A stretch of 64,000 bases of DNA, from assembly GCF_963506605.1 (NCBI RefSeq), contig NC_083280.1:51026001-51090000 (forward strand), read 5' to 3'. This document shows, piece by piece, positions 12,913 through 26,382 of the stretch (its first letter is position 1; every line of letters begins with the position of its first letter). Both the position numbers and the translations under genes were made by a program. The DNA comes from Zootoca vivipara (lineage: Eukaryota). Under the pieces are notes generated by a model. The model ran no database searches. It saw nothing but the letters and a program-made list of their open reading frames with translations, and was not told the origin of the DNA.

Positions 12913-13434
12913 CAGGGGTCAGCAAACTAAGGCCCATGAGCTGGATGTGGCCCACTGGGGTTGTTAATCCGGCCCGCAAACCTTGCAGATCCTGCCGCCC
13001 ACTCAGTCAGTCCCCGCGCTAAACCGGCATGGCGCGGAGGCATCGCCGCGTGAGGACTGACTTCCGCAACGCTGGTGTGGCTTTGGATTGGCTGCAGGAT
13101 GCTCCTGCAGCCAATCCGAAGCCGCAGACGCCTCTGGGCAACGCCCCTTCTTTCCCACTGAGCTGGTCGCGTATGGCCAAGAGCTGAGCAGGAGGAAGCG
13201 GCAGTAGCAGGGAGGCTGCCTCCACCGCCCAGGCCAGTGGCATGGGCTCTGCGCCCCATGGACCCCTGGCCGAAGCAGAGGACGATGACACTGCCGAAGA
13301 TGCGGCGGCGGCATCTGTGGCCTGAGTCACGGCAGGGTGGGTCCTTTCAGGAGAGTGGGGGTTCATGTCTGGCCCCCCACAAGGTCTGAGGGACAGTAGA
13401 CCAGCCCCCTCCTGAAAAAGTTTGCTGATCCCTG
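12913..13434. mobile_element. Non-autonomous hAT element with GC/CpG-rich interior
   Basis: TIR caggggtcagcaaact / agtttgctgatccctg; 8-bp TSD ccatactg. Confidence 0.88.
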
Positions 13435-13644
13435 CCATACTGTGTCCTGCTACTGTGCCATCTGAAAGATGCTGGCGTCTTTAACAAGGCAGGGTTCTCT
13501 TGCAGTGAAAAATTTCAGCAGCCAGATTGACAGAAATGCCTCCACTGATTTTTTCATCTGTCTTCATTGCACAGAAGTCCACATAGCCGCTTATGTCAAG
13601 CGAGGGCTTAACAATGTTTGACATATCTATTGCTGCCATGATGA

Positions 13645-13827
<183 letters not shown>

Positions 13828-15624
13828 TGATGCAGTTGCAGATGAGGCAACGCCATTTTGCAGATAGACAGATAATAATATGTTATCACTCATCTGCTGA
13901 AATATAATACTCTCACTGAAGTGCCTTTCTATAAGAGAACACAAATGTAGCTCAGCTTCTCTGTTGTATTGTATTCAGGTGCTTAGCAACAGAACATCCT
14001 GTCTCTCATAATGCTTTCACTCCCATCATGTTCTAAAACATCCAAGCTCATTTCTACAGTTCTCTGGTCCATATGAAAGTTCATCGAAATTTAAAGTGGG
14101 AAACCAAGTATTGGCCATATATTATTCTCCAGTACAGTATGCTTAATGTTGATCTTTTTTTACCTATGCAGCACTGTGAACTATATAATAACACCCACCT
14201 GTTTTGGGAGGAGTGGGATGTGGAACCAAGTGGCAGAACAGAAATGTCTTTTTTTATAAATAATAGTAATCAACCCTATATTGTGTTCCATGTATGAGAG
14301 TCCTAACTTTGCTTTCCAAGTGATGTGTTGTGGTGTATTATTTTGGAGGGCATTGCATTTTTATATTGCTACTGTCTAAAAACAGAGAGATATTTTGAAG
14401 GATTGTAATCTTTCTGACAGTGTATTCAGACATGTGCTGCTAAAAGGGGGAATGTGTGTGGGATAATTCACAGGAAATAACTGTGTGTTGCATAGTTATT
14501 ACTGTGGTACAAATTGGATGTACATGGTGCAGTAATATTTTTATTGCAGTTAAGATAATCATACAAATTGGACACCTTTTTCTCTAAATTGCCTTTATAT
14601 TTATCTGTATTCTGTTGTAGCAAGGTCTTTGACAGAGGCAAGTGGCTGTGGAATAGCTATACGAGTTAACACAGCCATGATTTTAGAAATAAAAGCTTAG
14701 TGCAAGTACAGTAATGTGCAGCCTCAGGCATGCAGTTTTGAAGTGGATTATAGTGCTGAGAAACAGGAACTTTACTGTTCCTATTTAGAAACCTCAAACA
14801 CATTCCTCTTTCAATAGATATAGGTCTCCTTGGTCTGAAGACAAACGGAGCTTAATTGTAACCTTGTAAATAACATGCAAGTGCTCTGAGTAAATGTAAT
14901 GGGATGGTTAAGGGAGCTGAAAAAGACATGCAGTCACATAATATTCAGAAGGTTATACTCCCAGAAACAAGTGTAATATGTGCCCAGTCAAACATAAAAT
15001 ATGTCATTTTTATTCTGAGTTTGACTTTTTTGTCTTTCCAAATACTGATGGAAAAATATAAGTCAGATAAGGGAAGATCGACGAGTCATGAGCCTTTAGT
15101 ATGCTAAACTTGAGTGCACAAAAGTATATGTTGCTTCTTTGGTAGTGTATATTTGAACGAAAGAAGAAACCGAGTACCATCAGAATTGACTCAGATGCCA
15201 GTGGTCCCAGTATTTTCATACCTGCCCTGGCACTACTGGCAGGCTGTGGTTTGATGCAAACCAGGGAGGAAGGGAACTGCAGCTTGTATGGCAAGAAGGG
15301 AATGTATTAAGCTCAAGGGTCCTTTGAATTCATTCATGTAGCTGTTGAATTTATTCATCTACCTGTTTTCCATCTCTACATGTGAAACACTTGCAAAATT
15401 CTGCCTGCTATAAATGGGCACAAATGCAAGGCTGGATTGCAGATGAGCTTTGCAGTTTTGGTGAAACTTTTGTGTGCAGTAGGAGCTGTGCCTTTCTCTT
15501 CCATGCCAAACACAGGTCAGGTAGAGAGGCAGCAGAGGCAAATTTATTAAATGTGTACCTTTAATCCTTTTCTCCACTTTGAGAAGGGATTCAGTGAAGT
15601 GTTCACTGCCCTTCTAGTCTGTGT

Positions 15625-16040
15625 AAATCATCAAGCTGGACCATGTGCAGAGGAGGGCAACCAAAATGATCAAGGGTCTGGAGGCGAAGCCTTATGAGGG
15701 ACAATTGAGGGAGTTGGATACCAGCTGGAAAAGAAGACACTGAGATGGGGATATGGTAGCCATCTTCAAATATCTAAATGGCTGTCACATGGAAGATGTA
15801 GCAAGGTTGTTTTCCCCTGCTCTAGAGGATAGGACCTGAACCAGTTGTTACAAGAAAATAGATTCCGACTAAATATCAGGAAGAACTTTGACAGGAAGCA
15901 GTTTGACAGTGGAATAGACTCCCTTGGAATGTGTTAGAAGCAGAGGTTGGATGGCCATCTGCTATGGATGTTTTAGTTGAAATTTCTGCATTTGCAGGGG
16001 GTTGGACCTTGGAGCTCCCAACTCTACAATTCTATAATGA
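15625..16040 (+). mobile_element. Old CR1 3' fragment
   Basis: Decayed ORF2 C-terminal sequence (gtgcagaggagggcaaccaaaatgatcaagggtctgg) running to the ctctacaattctat tail. Confidence 0.8.
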
Positions 16041-16243
16041 AGCATAGTATTTCTACATGAAAAATGTTTCTGAATAAAATTCTACTTGGGATGGGATACT
16101 ACAAATCTCTGATATCTCTGTGAAAGGCAAAGCATTTAAAAGCATGTAACTTTGCCAGTGTACATTGCAATAAATACCCATTAAAACTGGACCTCTTACT
16201 TAGTTCATAAAGGAGTTAGCAATTTGTTTTCTGCTTTCTCTAG

Positions 16244-16387
16244 TTCCGAGATTATTGCGCCATATGCTTACGATGGGAATGGCCGGGCTCTCCCACGCCC
16301 TTGGAAAAGTGCAATTTAGAAGCTCCATTCTTCGAAGGATTTTTCCTAAAAGTTCTCTTTGATAGAATGGGCAGAATTCTCGATCAG
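16244..16387 (+). CDS. FHIP2A: FHIP2A coding exon
   Basis: tctag|TTC..CAG|gtaag. [28 protein letters not shown]. Confidence 0.95.
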
Positions 16388-19300
16388 GTAAGTCTGCAGC
16401 TCTAGATTATTTTGTTTCTGAACTAGATGGTTTTCATGAAGATGTCCATATGGCGGAAATCTGGCAGTATGAAGGTAAAGAGTAGGTGCAAGTGTGCACC
16501 ATGCTGGGTGGCTGTTAGCCTATTGCAGAGGTAGCCAACATGGTGCCTTCCAAATGCTCGTACAATGGGCCATGCTGGCTGGAGATGATTGGCGTTATAA
16601 CCCAAAACATATGGAGGGCACCAAGTTGGCTACCCTGGGGAAGGAAGCGAGCAGCCTACCTCTTCTTTCTTTTCATCCTAGACTCGTAAGGGGTACTCTA
16701 AACAGTAAAATTAAGAATGAAAAACACTTTAAAAAATAACCAAATAAATATGATGTGCTCCTCTGAACATTATTTATCACAGAAAAATGAGAAAATGTTT
16801 ATGCTTTCCTCCATCTGACTTCTAAAGCCCCTTTTGGTGTTACATTTTTTTGTTGCTGATTAGAAACTGGCCACAGAAGAAACTCTTTGTAATATAAGCA
16901 AGAGGCCCATGAGCAGTAAAGAAGGTGGCTTTGCATGTCTCATGAGTACATTTCATGTATGTTTTTACAATACATGAAATGTGCAGTGGATCTTAGGTAT
17001 ACATGATTATGAGAAAATAGATACATTCGAAACATACCTGATCACGTGTTCCCTTCCAGCTACTGTTCATCCAGTACTGGAACATGGTTGGCATGGAAAA
17101 CAGCCTGGATCGGGGGGCTACTGCTTTACACATTTGCAGCAGTCCCATAAACTTCGTGTTAGATCATGCGCTTTCTATGCAGCCTCTGTTGTGGGAATAC
17201 TTCCTAGAGCTAAACCATTTCCAGCAAAAACAAAGTCTAAAAAATGGTCAAGGAGCACATAGGTGGAGCCTATGTGTTTCCTACAGAAGATTGCAAGCTC
17301 AGTCTTGCTTCTTTAGTAAAAAAAAAAAAAAAAGTTGCGGTAGTAGGTGACAGGGAAGACCTCTGCTTGAAACGCAAGATTGCTGCTCTGAATCAGAGTA
17401 AACCCTGGACTACAGGGACAAATAGTTTGATCAGGCATAAGGCAGTTTCTTTGGTACCTGTGTTGTCCTGTGGCTTAAATAAATAGGTCTGCTGCTCTAG
17501 GACACATGGTCTGACTTCCACCAGACCACTCTTGTGGCATACAGATTTCAACCTGAAGCCAGCTTCTGTCTGGTTCTTTCATATCTTCACCAGGAAAATG
17601 TAACATTGAAGTAGCTTCCATTGAACACCCATTCTACCCATTCCTCATTTAAAATGAATATTGGATTTGAGGCTTAAAATCTGAGTCTCAACAGCTTTAT
17701 GAAAATTAATCTTCATACATATGAAAAACTGATCTAGGTGATGAGGCCCTAATAGTAAAGAGATGAAGGAAAAAAGTCCTTACCTAAAGATTGTCAGGGG
17801 AACAAGGTATCTAGTAGTATTGCAAAGAAAAAAGGCTATGGGTTATTGTGGTATGGTGTCAATTTGATATAGTACCTGTCAGAATGACAAAATTTCTGGA
17901 TCAGTCAAGCATGCTGCTGTTCTCTCTCCTGTGTCAAGGGCAATAGCTGATGCACAGAGAATTAAAATATGCAGTAGGATGGGGAAATTGCTAAACCCCT
18001 CATCTACTAAAAAAAATGTTGAGCTGAAATGATTTTCCGTCCTGTAGGGATAAATTGCTTGAAAATGCTAATGTATATCAGGAATAGAAGACTGTTGATC
18101 TAGTCAACTCAAATAAAAAATGGCAAAACTTGATGCCATTGTTATTAGTTAGCTTAACAATTATGCCACATACGGACCTTGATACAATTGAATATAATTT
18201 ATCTGGCACTGAATCCTGATTTTTCTGCAGGCTTTCTTAATGCTCCGTGGCATGTTTATAATGCACAGGCGACTTGGTTTGTACAAAATCAGTTTCTTCT
18301 GTTCCCTTATACATCCACAACTGCAATTCTGCAAATGAAGCCCCCAAATTACACAATAGTTCCATTAAAAGACATTGCCATTAAGTTGGCTAAAAGCCAC
18401 TTGCAGCCCTTGGGGTGAGATCCAACTAAGTAAAAGTAATATTCAAAGTAGACCCACTGAAATCACTGAACAACTTAAATTCAGTGTGTTTTCTCATACC
18501 AATGTTTTGATTACTGTGAGAGTAATATAGTAGTTAATTCTAGAGTGTCCGGATCTTGTTGGAGTTCTCTAATTTTTTTCCTTTCCCTTAAAAATCTTCT
18601 ACTTGGGCAGACCAGAAATTGTTCCATCCAATTTATAGAAAGCGATAAAAAACATTACAACAAAAAAGACTTGGCATAACAGCTATATTGCAGTGCCGTG
18701 GGCTGCCACTGGATGGCTTGACCACCTGCAAATGTCTATTTCACTTTGCTGAATGAAAGAAAATGAGAATATAAATGCAGTTAGAACCTTACTAGATGTG
18801 ATGGAGTAGACATGTGAACAGGATATTCAGGGGAGTGGGGATGAGATGAATTTGTTTAATGCTTTGTGCCATAATATCTTACACACACGTTTTTTGAGTA
18901 TGTCTTTGTTTCCTGACATGGGGAGGAGGATTCAAATTGGAAAACAGCAAGGGGGGAAGGATCTTTAAAAACAATGAACAGCATCCCCAACCACACCATG
19001 CAGTGGCTTTTAAATTTTTTAAGAATCATCACAGGAGATCTATGAACTGGATCTCCCATATTGTATGTAATTTCACTCTTCAAGTAGGATTTTATTACTT
19101 GTAGTCTTCTTTTCTTCACTCTGTTCTGCATTCATGGTTCTAATGTTCTTTTATGTGCAAGCACTAGGGCTGGTCCTGTTTGCTACACAGTAATTAGGGC
19201 GTCATAATTTCATCAGTTACATGAACTGTTCACAATCTTCGGTCAGTTATAGAGAAAGTGCACATAAATCAGATAGCAGGATTTCAAAAGGATGTTAATT

Positions 19301-20945
19301 ATTCTTAATTCAAGTATGTGACAAAAGCAGGCTTCACGAGTGTCATCTTAAGCAGAAGTATTATTCCTCTTCATCTCATGCAGCAGGAGGGAATGCCTCT
19401 TCTTGGGCTGTCTTTGCTGTAACATGCATGGATAATTGCTGGATAAAGAAATCGTGGTCCAGGTCACATGTAATGGCATATCATGCTTTTGGGAAATTTC
19501 TGGGTTATACGTATTTTATACTGTTGTCTGTTGTTGTCTGAATGACTTTTTGTGTATTGCTTGAAAATTTCTGGATATAAAGTGATTTTAAAATTATGTA
19601 AATAAATAGAAATAACCCATAGTTAATGGTTTACCATGAGCAGCGTGGAGATCGCTCCTGCTTCAATCCTTCTGTCTACCCGGTAGCAGTAACAAACCAC
19701 AATCCCTGTCTTAGCATTGCATGTGAATAGAGAATTGTGGTTCATTTCACTCCCAATAAACCATGATTGGTCAGCAAAGAGCAATACTTGGCTTGACATT
19801 ATGGACGGTCTAGAGCAAAGAGCCTAGAGAGCATGGCTTGTTGCTCCCACAGGCTAGAGGGCAGGAGCAAAACAGGAGCTTTTTGTGCACTCACGGCAAA
19901 CCATTAAATTGTGCTTCACTTTGATGTGTGAATGCTGCCAATGCCTGTTTCTTTGAAATGTTTATACTTTTATTTGATTAATGAATCCAAACTCCTATGA
20001 CTAATTAATAAAAATCTATTTACTTGGGTGATGGCCCTAAATACTACTTGCTGCTCTAGTAGACAAGGCCTAGTGCTGCTTTTACCCTCAGTAAGGCTGT
20101 ACCCAGAGGATGGTGCTTCATATTCTTGGTGGTTTTGGCTCAGTCAATCTGTAATTGTAACTATAAGTACATACCCTCCGGGAGCAATTATGTCTTTTTG
20201 GCTGCCGGGCAGCTCACAATCAACTTCTTCCTGTGTATTTGTTCCAGTATGGCTAATATTGATGGCCTTTTGCCAGTTGCTTTGTTTCAGCTCACCGTGC
20301 TGGTGATACGGTTCGGTAGGCTGTAAATAATCAGTTCACTACCACCCAGTCTGGGGAATTCTTCTTTCCATGTTTCTGGCATCAAATCACTCTGACACAT
20401 TATGGAGGTAGAGTAGGCAGTGAAATAACATGAAGAAACAATAAGCAGAAGAAAGTAAGAGAGAATTTGAAGGTCAGCTCACGAAAGGGCTTGTACATTT
20501 GGAAAACAGTTTTTTTTCCAGATTTTTAAACACCTTTTCCCCGCAAGATAAAAAAAATCTCCACTTTTAGCTGTAGGGCTTAAAATGGAGGAATGAGGTT
20601 GGGGAGCAGTCACAAGACACACTGGTCTCTCTGTGTTGGTCCCAATCTGTCATTTAGATTTCAGGAACTGAAATGACCACAATCACCAGTATGGTGTGCA
20701 GGTATCATGTATACTGAATTAGCATGCCCAACACACAAATAGCCCCTGTCTATAAAACAGTAGTCACAGCTTTTCCATCGCACACCTGCCTTCCCCTTTA
20801 TGTTTGCAGTTCGAGAACACATAAGATCGATAATTGTTCTAAACAAAAGAAACAGAAAACACAGCAATTGACTTTCCTAGGGTTATGTAATGGTTTTGGG
20901 GTTTGTGCAGGAAGCTTTGATATTGCTTGCACAAGATATTTCTAA

Positions 20946-21266
<321 letters not shown>

Positions 21267-21364
21267 TGACTGATTAACAAATGATGCCTAGACACCTTTC
21301 AGATGGCCGACCTATTTTTGTAATGCAGCTCCTCATCTTTCAGTTAGGGACCAGCAAAATCCAC

Positions 21365-21458
21365 TTGGGTGCAATCCTGTACCTCCCTACTCAGAAGTAG
21401 GTACCACTCAGTTCAATCGGACTTAGTCCCATGTAGGTGGGTATAGAATTGCAGCCTA
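21365..21458. mobile_element. Old short palindromic MITE-like repeat (relatives near 9412, 18405, 30160, 30640)
   Basis: gggtgcaatcct..actcagaagta..agaattgcagcc with inverted ends; similar fragments recur in the window. Confidence 0.5.
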
Positions 21459-21751
21459 TGCCTGCTTATGATATGTTTTCCTTGGAACAGCTGCAATCTA
21501 CAAGTAGAAAAAGTTAACATTTTATGAACCTTGTAGGAGAAAGCATTAGTTTTTCTTGCAACGAGTGAGCACTTGTTGCATGGTAATTACATCAAACACA
21601 TATCATACTTTATACTTCCTTTGACAGATATGATTATGTGAAAAAAATGTACGTAACATATTATGTGTTCCTGACCAGTGTGTGATGCAGGTTTTCTGGG
21701 AAATTTTTAGTTTTAAAATTTCCTGGGAAGTTTTCTGATGAGATAAATAGT

Positions 21752-21841
21752 CATAGCTGCCAAGTTATCCCTTTTTTTAAGGGATTTTCCCTTATGCTGA
21801 ATAGGCTTCCTCGCGAGAAAAGGGAAAACTTGGCAGCTATG
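21752..21841. mobile_element. 90-bp hAT-type MITE, same family as 3237-3327, opposite orientation
   Basis: TIR catagctgccaagtt / aacttggcagctatg; 8-bp TSD taaatagt. Confidence 0.9.
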
Positions 21842-22392
21842 TAAATAGTGTGTGATCTTATTTAGCATGTTTGTTTGACTTCTGTTTTGTAAACAAAGCT
21901 GAAAACACAGTCTCAGGTGAAATAAGAATTTTAGCTTTGGCTGTGCAGGTCAGATCAAACCAGTTAGAAGATGTATTTGTAGCTGCAGTTTTTGCTTGAT
22001 GATTATGTGTATTTGTGGTTTTATATTACTCACCTGTTTACAAAGTAATGAAACATTTATGTACTTTCTCGCACACTCTAGGGAAAGTAACCTGTAAAAC
22101 ATGCACTGACAGCTTTGAAACAAGCTTGCCTTATGTATTGCCATTCATTTATTGTTATTCATTAATTTTTTGAAACACTGAATTTTTAGAAATGGAATAT
22201 TTTCTGCAGAAAAATAAAGTCATGGAAAATGTTCCCTTTTGAAAAGTTTTTTTGCCCCACATCTCTGTTTCTGATAGTGTTTAGACTGCTAAACACTGAG
22301 CTGGCAGCCCTAGAGGCGAACGCCAATAGCTTCCAACACTAGCTTGCTCTTTGCTTCATTTTGTTCAACGCTCTCATATGTATGACATGCAG

Positions 22393-22496
22393 GTTGTTGC
22401 AGATCTCATGGTGAGGATCCAGCGCATACCCGACTTCACACCTAAATTGTTGCTGGTCAGGAAGCGTCTCCTTGGCTTAGAACCTGAAGGGCCCAT
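22393..22496 (+). CDS. FHIP2A: FHIP2A penultimate coding exon
   Basis: tgcag|GTT..AT|gtaag. [34 protein letters not shown](I). Confidence 0.95.
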
Positions 22497-22542
22497 GTAA
22501 GTATATCAATGACCAGCCTATTCCAAGACGTACCATGTGTGA

Positions 22543-22680
<138 letters not shown>

Positions 22681-23767
22681 AAAGCTGCTCTGAGCATCCT
22701 GGCTACGAGATTCAAGCAGAAAAGACTGCTAACTTCCCAGGCAGGAGAACAAAAAGGAAAGCCTTGGCATTCATTTGGAGGATTCATATGGGACACCTTC
22801 AAATTGAAATACTAAATTCATTGGTAGTGACCATATGGGAGAGGAAAATGGATGTTCAACCTACAACACAATCAATGGGATATCACAGATCACAACAAGC
22901 TTCATGCACACATGAAGACTTAAGTTTAAAGGTTTTCTTATTTTAATAACCTTCTAGGAGGTAGGAGTTTTTATATACTTTAGGGTGCCTAGGCTTTTAA
23001 ATAATACATTTGTTTCATAGCTGATGTGTGTTTTATCCATTTAAATGAAAACCAGTAAGTGATTAAAGCATTGTAAAGTATTTAAATAAGAAGTTGTAAA
23101 TGCACACACAGTTTAACAAATCATTTTTCTTTGTGTATCTTTCATGTTGAGTCCTGTTCATTGTGATGTTCCAGTTGATCACTGATTATTATTATTTTGT
23201 TACACAAAAAACAGGTGACCACAAGTATACACAAGTATTGGTTTTCCTTGAATCCTTGCTTATTCTCCTTTGTTATGCCGCATAACTTTATTTGCCTTCT
23301 ATTTTGTATTGGAGCCCTGGATTATTTGATCCAAATGCCCATTTACAAAAAATGCTAGTATTACAGGTCACTTTATATGGCTTTTAATATTCTTTTTATG
23401 ATTAGTTGGCTGAAGAGTATCCTGTGCCTTGAGTATTGGCAGTATCATTGTTTTGTGCTTTTCAGATATGTTATTCCTTGGCTAATTTGAATGACTGAAG
23501 CGTCCAAGCCAAGGGACAGCTGGGTCTGATACCAATTGTCATAGTGCATATAGGCTGAAATTCTCTGCAGGTTGTTGCATGCTTAGACTTCAGTTTTGTG
23601 ATCTTCCTGTTTGCAACAGGGATCCATTATAAGCCAAGGAGAAAACAAGATCCCTTCATTTTGCCATAGTCATAAAATAATTTCCTTGCCAGACAATCTG
23701 AGCTAGAAGATGAGTAAAAGGAAGGAGCAGTTGAACCACCTGATTCTGCCAATGGTCTCTCTCCTCT

Positions 23768-23769
23768 TT

Positions 23770-23831
<62 letters not shown>
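23768..23831. repeat. (TTTC)n microsatellite in the FHIP2A 3' UTR region
   Basis: About 16 perfect units. Confidence 0.95.
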
Positions 23832-23834
<3 letters not shown>

Positions 23835-26136
23835 TGACTCATCTCTGTCAGTTCTTCATAGGCTGAAAACTCCAAACAAACATGTTGTCTACCCTGGATT
23901 TAATATAGTTTTTCTATAATCTTTTTGTTCTCAATAGAAAACAAGAAGATGCAGATATAGGGTGGGAGTGCCCTTTCTCACCCATTTGCTGTTAATTGAC
24001 ATAATGCTATGGTATTAACAACACATAATTTGGTTCCTAAACAGTTGTTCCATTAATCTCATTCTTGGGTATTCAGTGTAATTTTTACAGGCTCATAACT
24101 TTTTAACATAATTGCTGCCTGCTTCAGATATTATCAGAGTTGCTGTAAGTGTGGTTGAATTTTGCTCCAGTGATGTAAACTCTGGTTTGTACCACAGGAA
24201 GTTCTAATGATACAGAAACTTGCTGAGCATGAAGGCCAAGTGTTGGAAAGTGGGATAATTTACCGGTAGTTATATCAGCAGGCCTCTGTGGTGGAAACAC
24301 AAACATCAAAAATTGTGGAGCAAAATTTTGAGCTGCCTTTATTATAAATGAGATATGGCCAAGGAGCTGCCTGACAGAGTATATTCATCTGCACTCTCTG
24401 ATAAAGATATTTGCCTCCCTAGTTGAATAATAGCACATTGATTTTTTAAAAATGTTTTTGCACCAAAGTTACTGAATACGACTCACAAATACAACTAACT
24501 AAACTACACATAAGATAAGGCTCAGAATTTTCTTCCTGAGAAGACAATTTTCAGATAGATATTGGGTAAGAAGTTATAAAATAAAGATTCATGGAAGTGG
24601 GCCTGAACAGTTTTTTTACATTTTTTGCATTGCAGGTAGCATTTTAGAGAAATCCTTTTGGAGTCCCACAGAAGTTGATGATGGTTCTCTAATGATACCC
24701 CAAAGTAAGTGGGAGGCAGACTTAAGTTTTGGTGTTCAAAAGTATAAGGGAAAAGGTTTAGTTAAGCTAACTGTGTAATTAGCTATTCATGATAGCTAAA
24801 GTTATTCAAACGATGCTGGATCAAATTATAAAAATAAATAAATAAAAATGATACAGGATACATCTATTAGTGCAAGCAGGATATCTAACATTAAAGTTCA
24901 GTTTGCTTTTAGAAACATCAAGATCCAAGCTTGATTGTACATAGCCTGCATATTCAGGAAGTTCTCTTGTTTTCAGGATGTAACCCTGCTGATGTCATTG
25001 GAAGTCACCAACATTTTCCCATGCCCTTTTTGTCACAATACCTGGCACAAATTTAGGAAACACTTTAACTCTTTCTCTTGGCATCATAATTGTTCTCTTG
25101 AACCCATAAATTGATAGCAGCAACCTTTTTATTTTTGTAAAAACAATTGGATTTTCCTTCCCAAATGGAACTTGTTTAACGTCTTTATAACTTGTTTTCA
25201 TGCACTTTTATTTTAAAGCCTAGTTGGGCCCTTGTTTGAATTGGTTGAATCTATGCATGTCATAACTACCCCTATTCTGGTGTGTATGAGTGTGTTTATG
25301 TGCATGCATGTGTGCACACATGGAGATGCATGTGTGGTTATTTATTATCCGTCAGAAGAACATACAGCCTGTTCTCCAGAAGTAGTGAGCAGCCTCTGGT
25401 TATTAAGATGTTTGTGCTAACCATTGGGTTCTTGGTCCCATTACAGATAAAACAGTGTTTCTATATGAGAGTGGATGAGGAAAGCTAGAATTGTTTGATT
25501 CCAGGATACAGATCCAATTTCAGTTTTTACCCTGATGCACATTTATGTAAATAAAGGCACCTTTATATCATCTATTGTATCTATTTAATTTAGATTCTGA
25601 TGTTGAAAGTTTTGTAACAACATGAGACGTCTACTGGAATAGCCATTTCCTCTTAAGCTATTTTTGTTATAACTGTAGTTGTCTGCCTAGTAGTGTCATC
25701 TTTTAACTGTAGCTTTCTGATATAATGTATTCATCAGTGCAATATTGAAGCTGTGACACAAGTCACAGCTTCAGCCTGGTTGTACATCATCTGTTTACGT
25801 GTGTATATTTGTATACTAATGGACTGCAACCCAGCACTTGCTTGCGGTATTGCCGGTGCAAAGATTGTAACACTGTGTTCTACAGGGCACAGTAATCGTG
25901 GCATTCCTTTATAAATGCATGGCAGCTGCTCACCATGAGCTGCTGAATGCAGCAAAGCTTTCAAGTGTGAAATAACATCCTTATTTAACTTGGCACAAGA
26001 AACAGGATAGTACAATGCGGAAGCTACACATCCACTGTTCTCAATTGTGTGAGAAATTAAGATTAGCATCTCTCAACAAACACATCTGTATAACCATGAT
26101 TAATAATGCCTGTGCCCTGTTGCCTAGTGTTACAAG

Positions 26137-26382
26137 GTCTGTCTATCTATCAATATATACTCCTGGATTCTCCCCCCCCCCCCCCGTCTTGTTTACATTA
26201 AACAGAAGGTGTTCAGCAAACCTTTCCTATTGAACTTGGTGTAGTTCATTTGCTGACAATGTCTGTCTATCTATCAATATATACTCCTGGATTCTCCCCC
26301 CCCCCCCGTCTTGTTTACATTAAACAGAAGGTGTTCAGCAAACCTTTCCTATTGAACTTGGTGTAGTTCATTTGCTGACAAT
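26137..26382. repeat. Tandem duplication of about 123 bp
   Basis: 26137-26260 and 26261-26382 are identical except for a C run (14 vs 12). Confidence 0.92.

Noticed and set aside
16330-16350. FHIP2A EGFFLK versus the EGHFLK I recall for human
   Set aside because: A single substitution at a site of unknown importance; it cannot be evaluated without an alignment.
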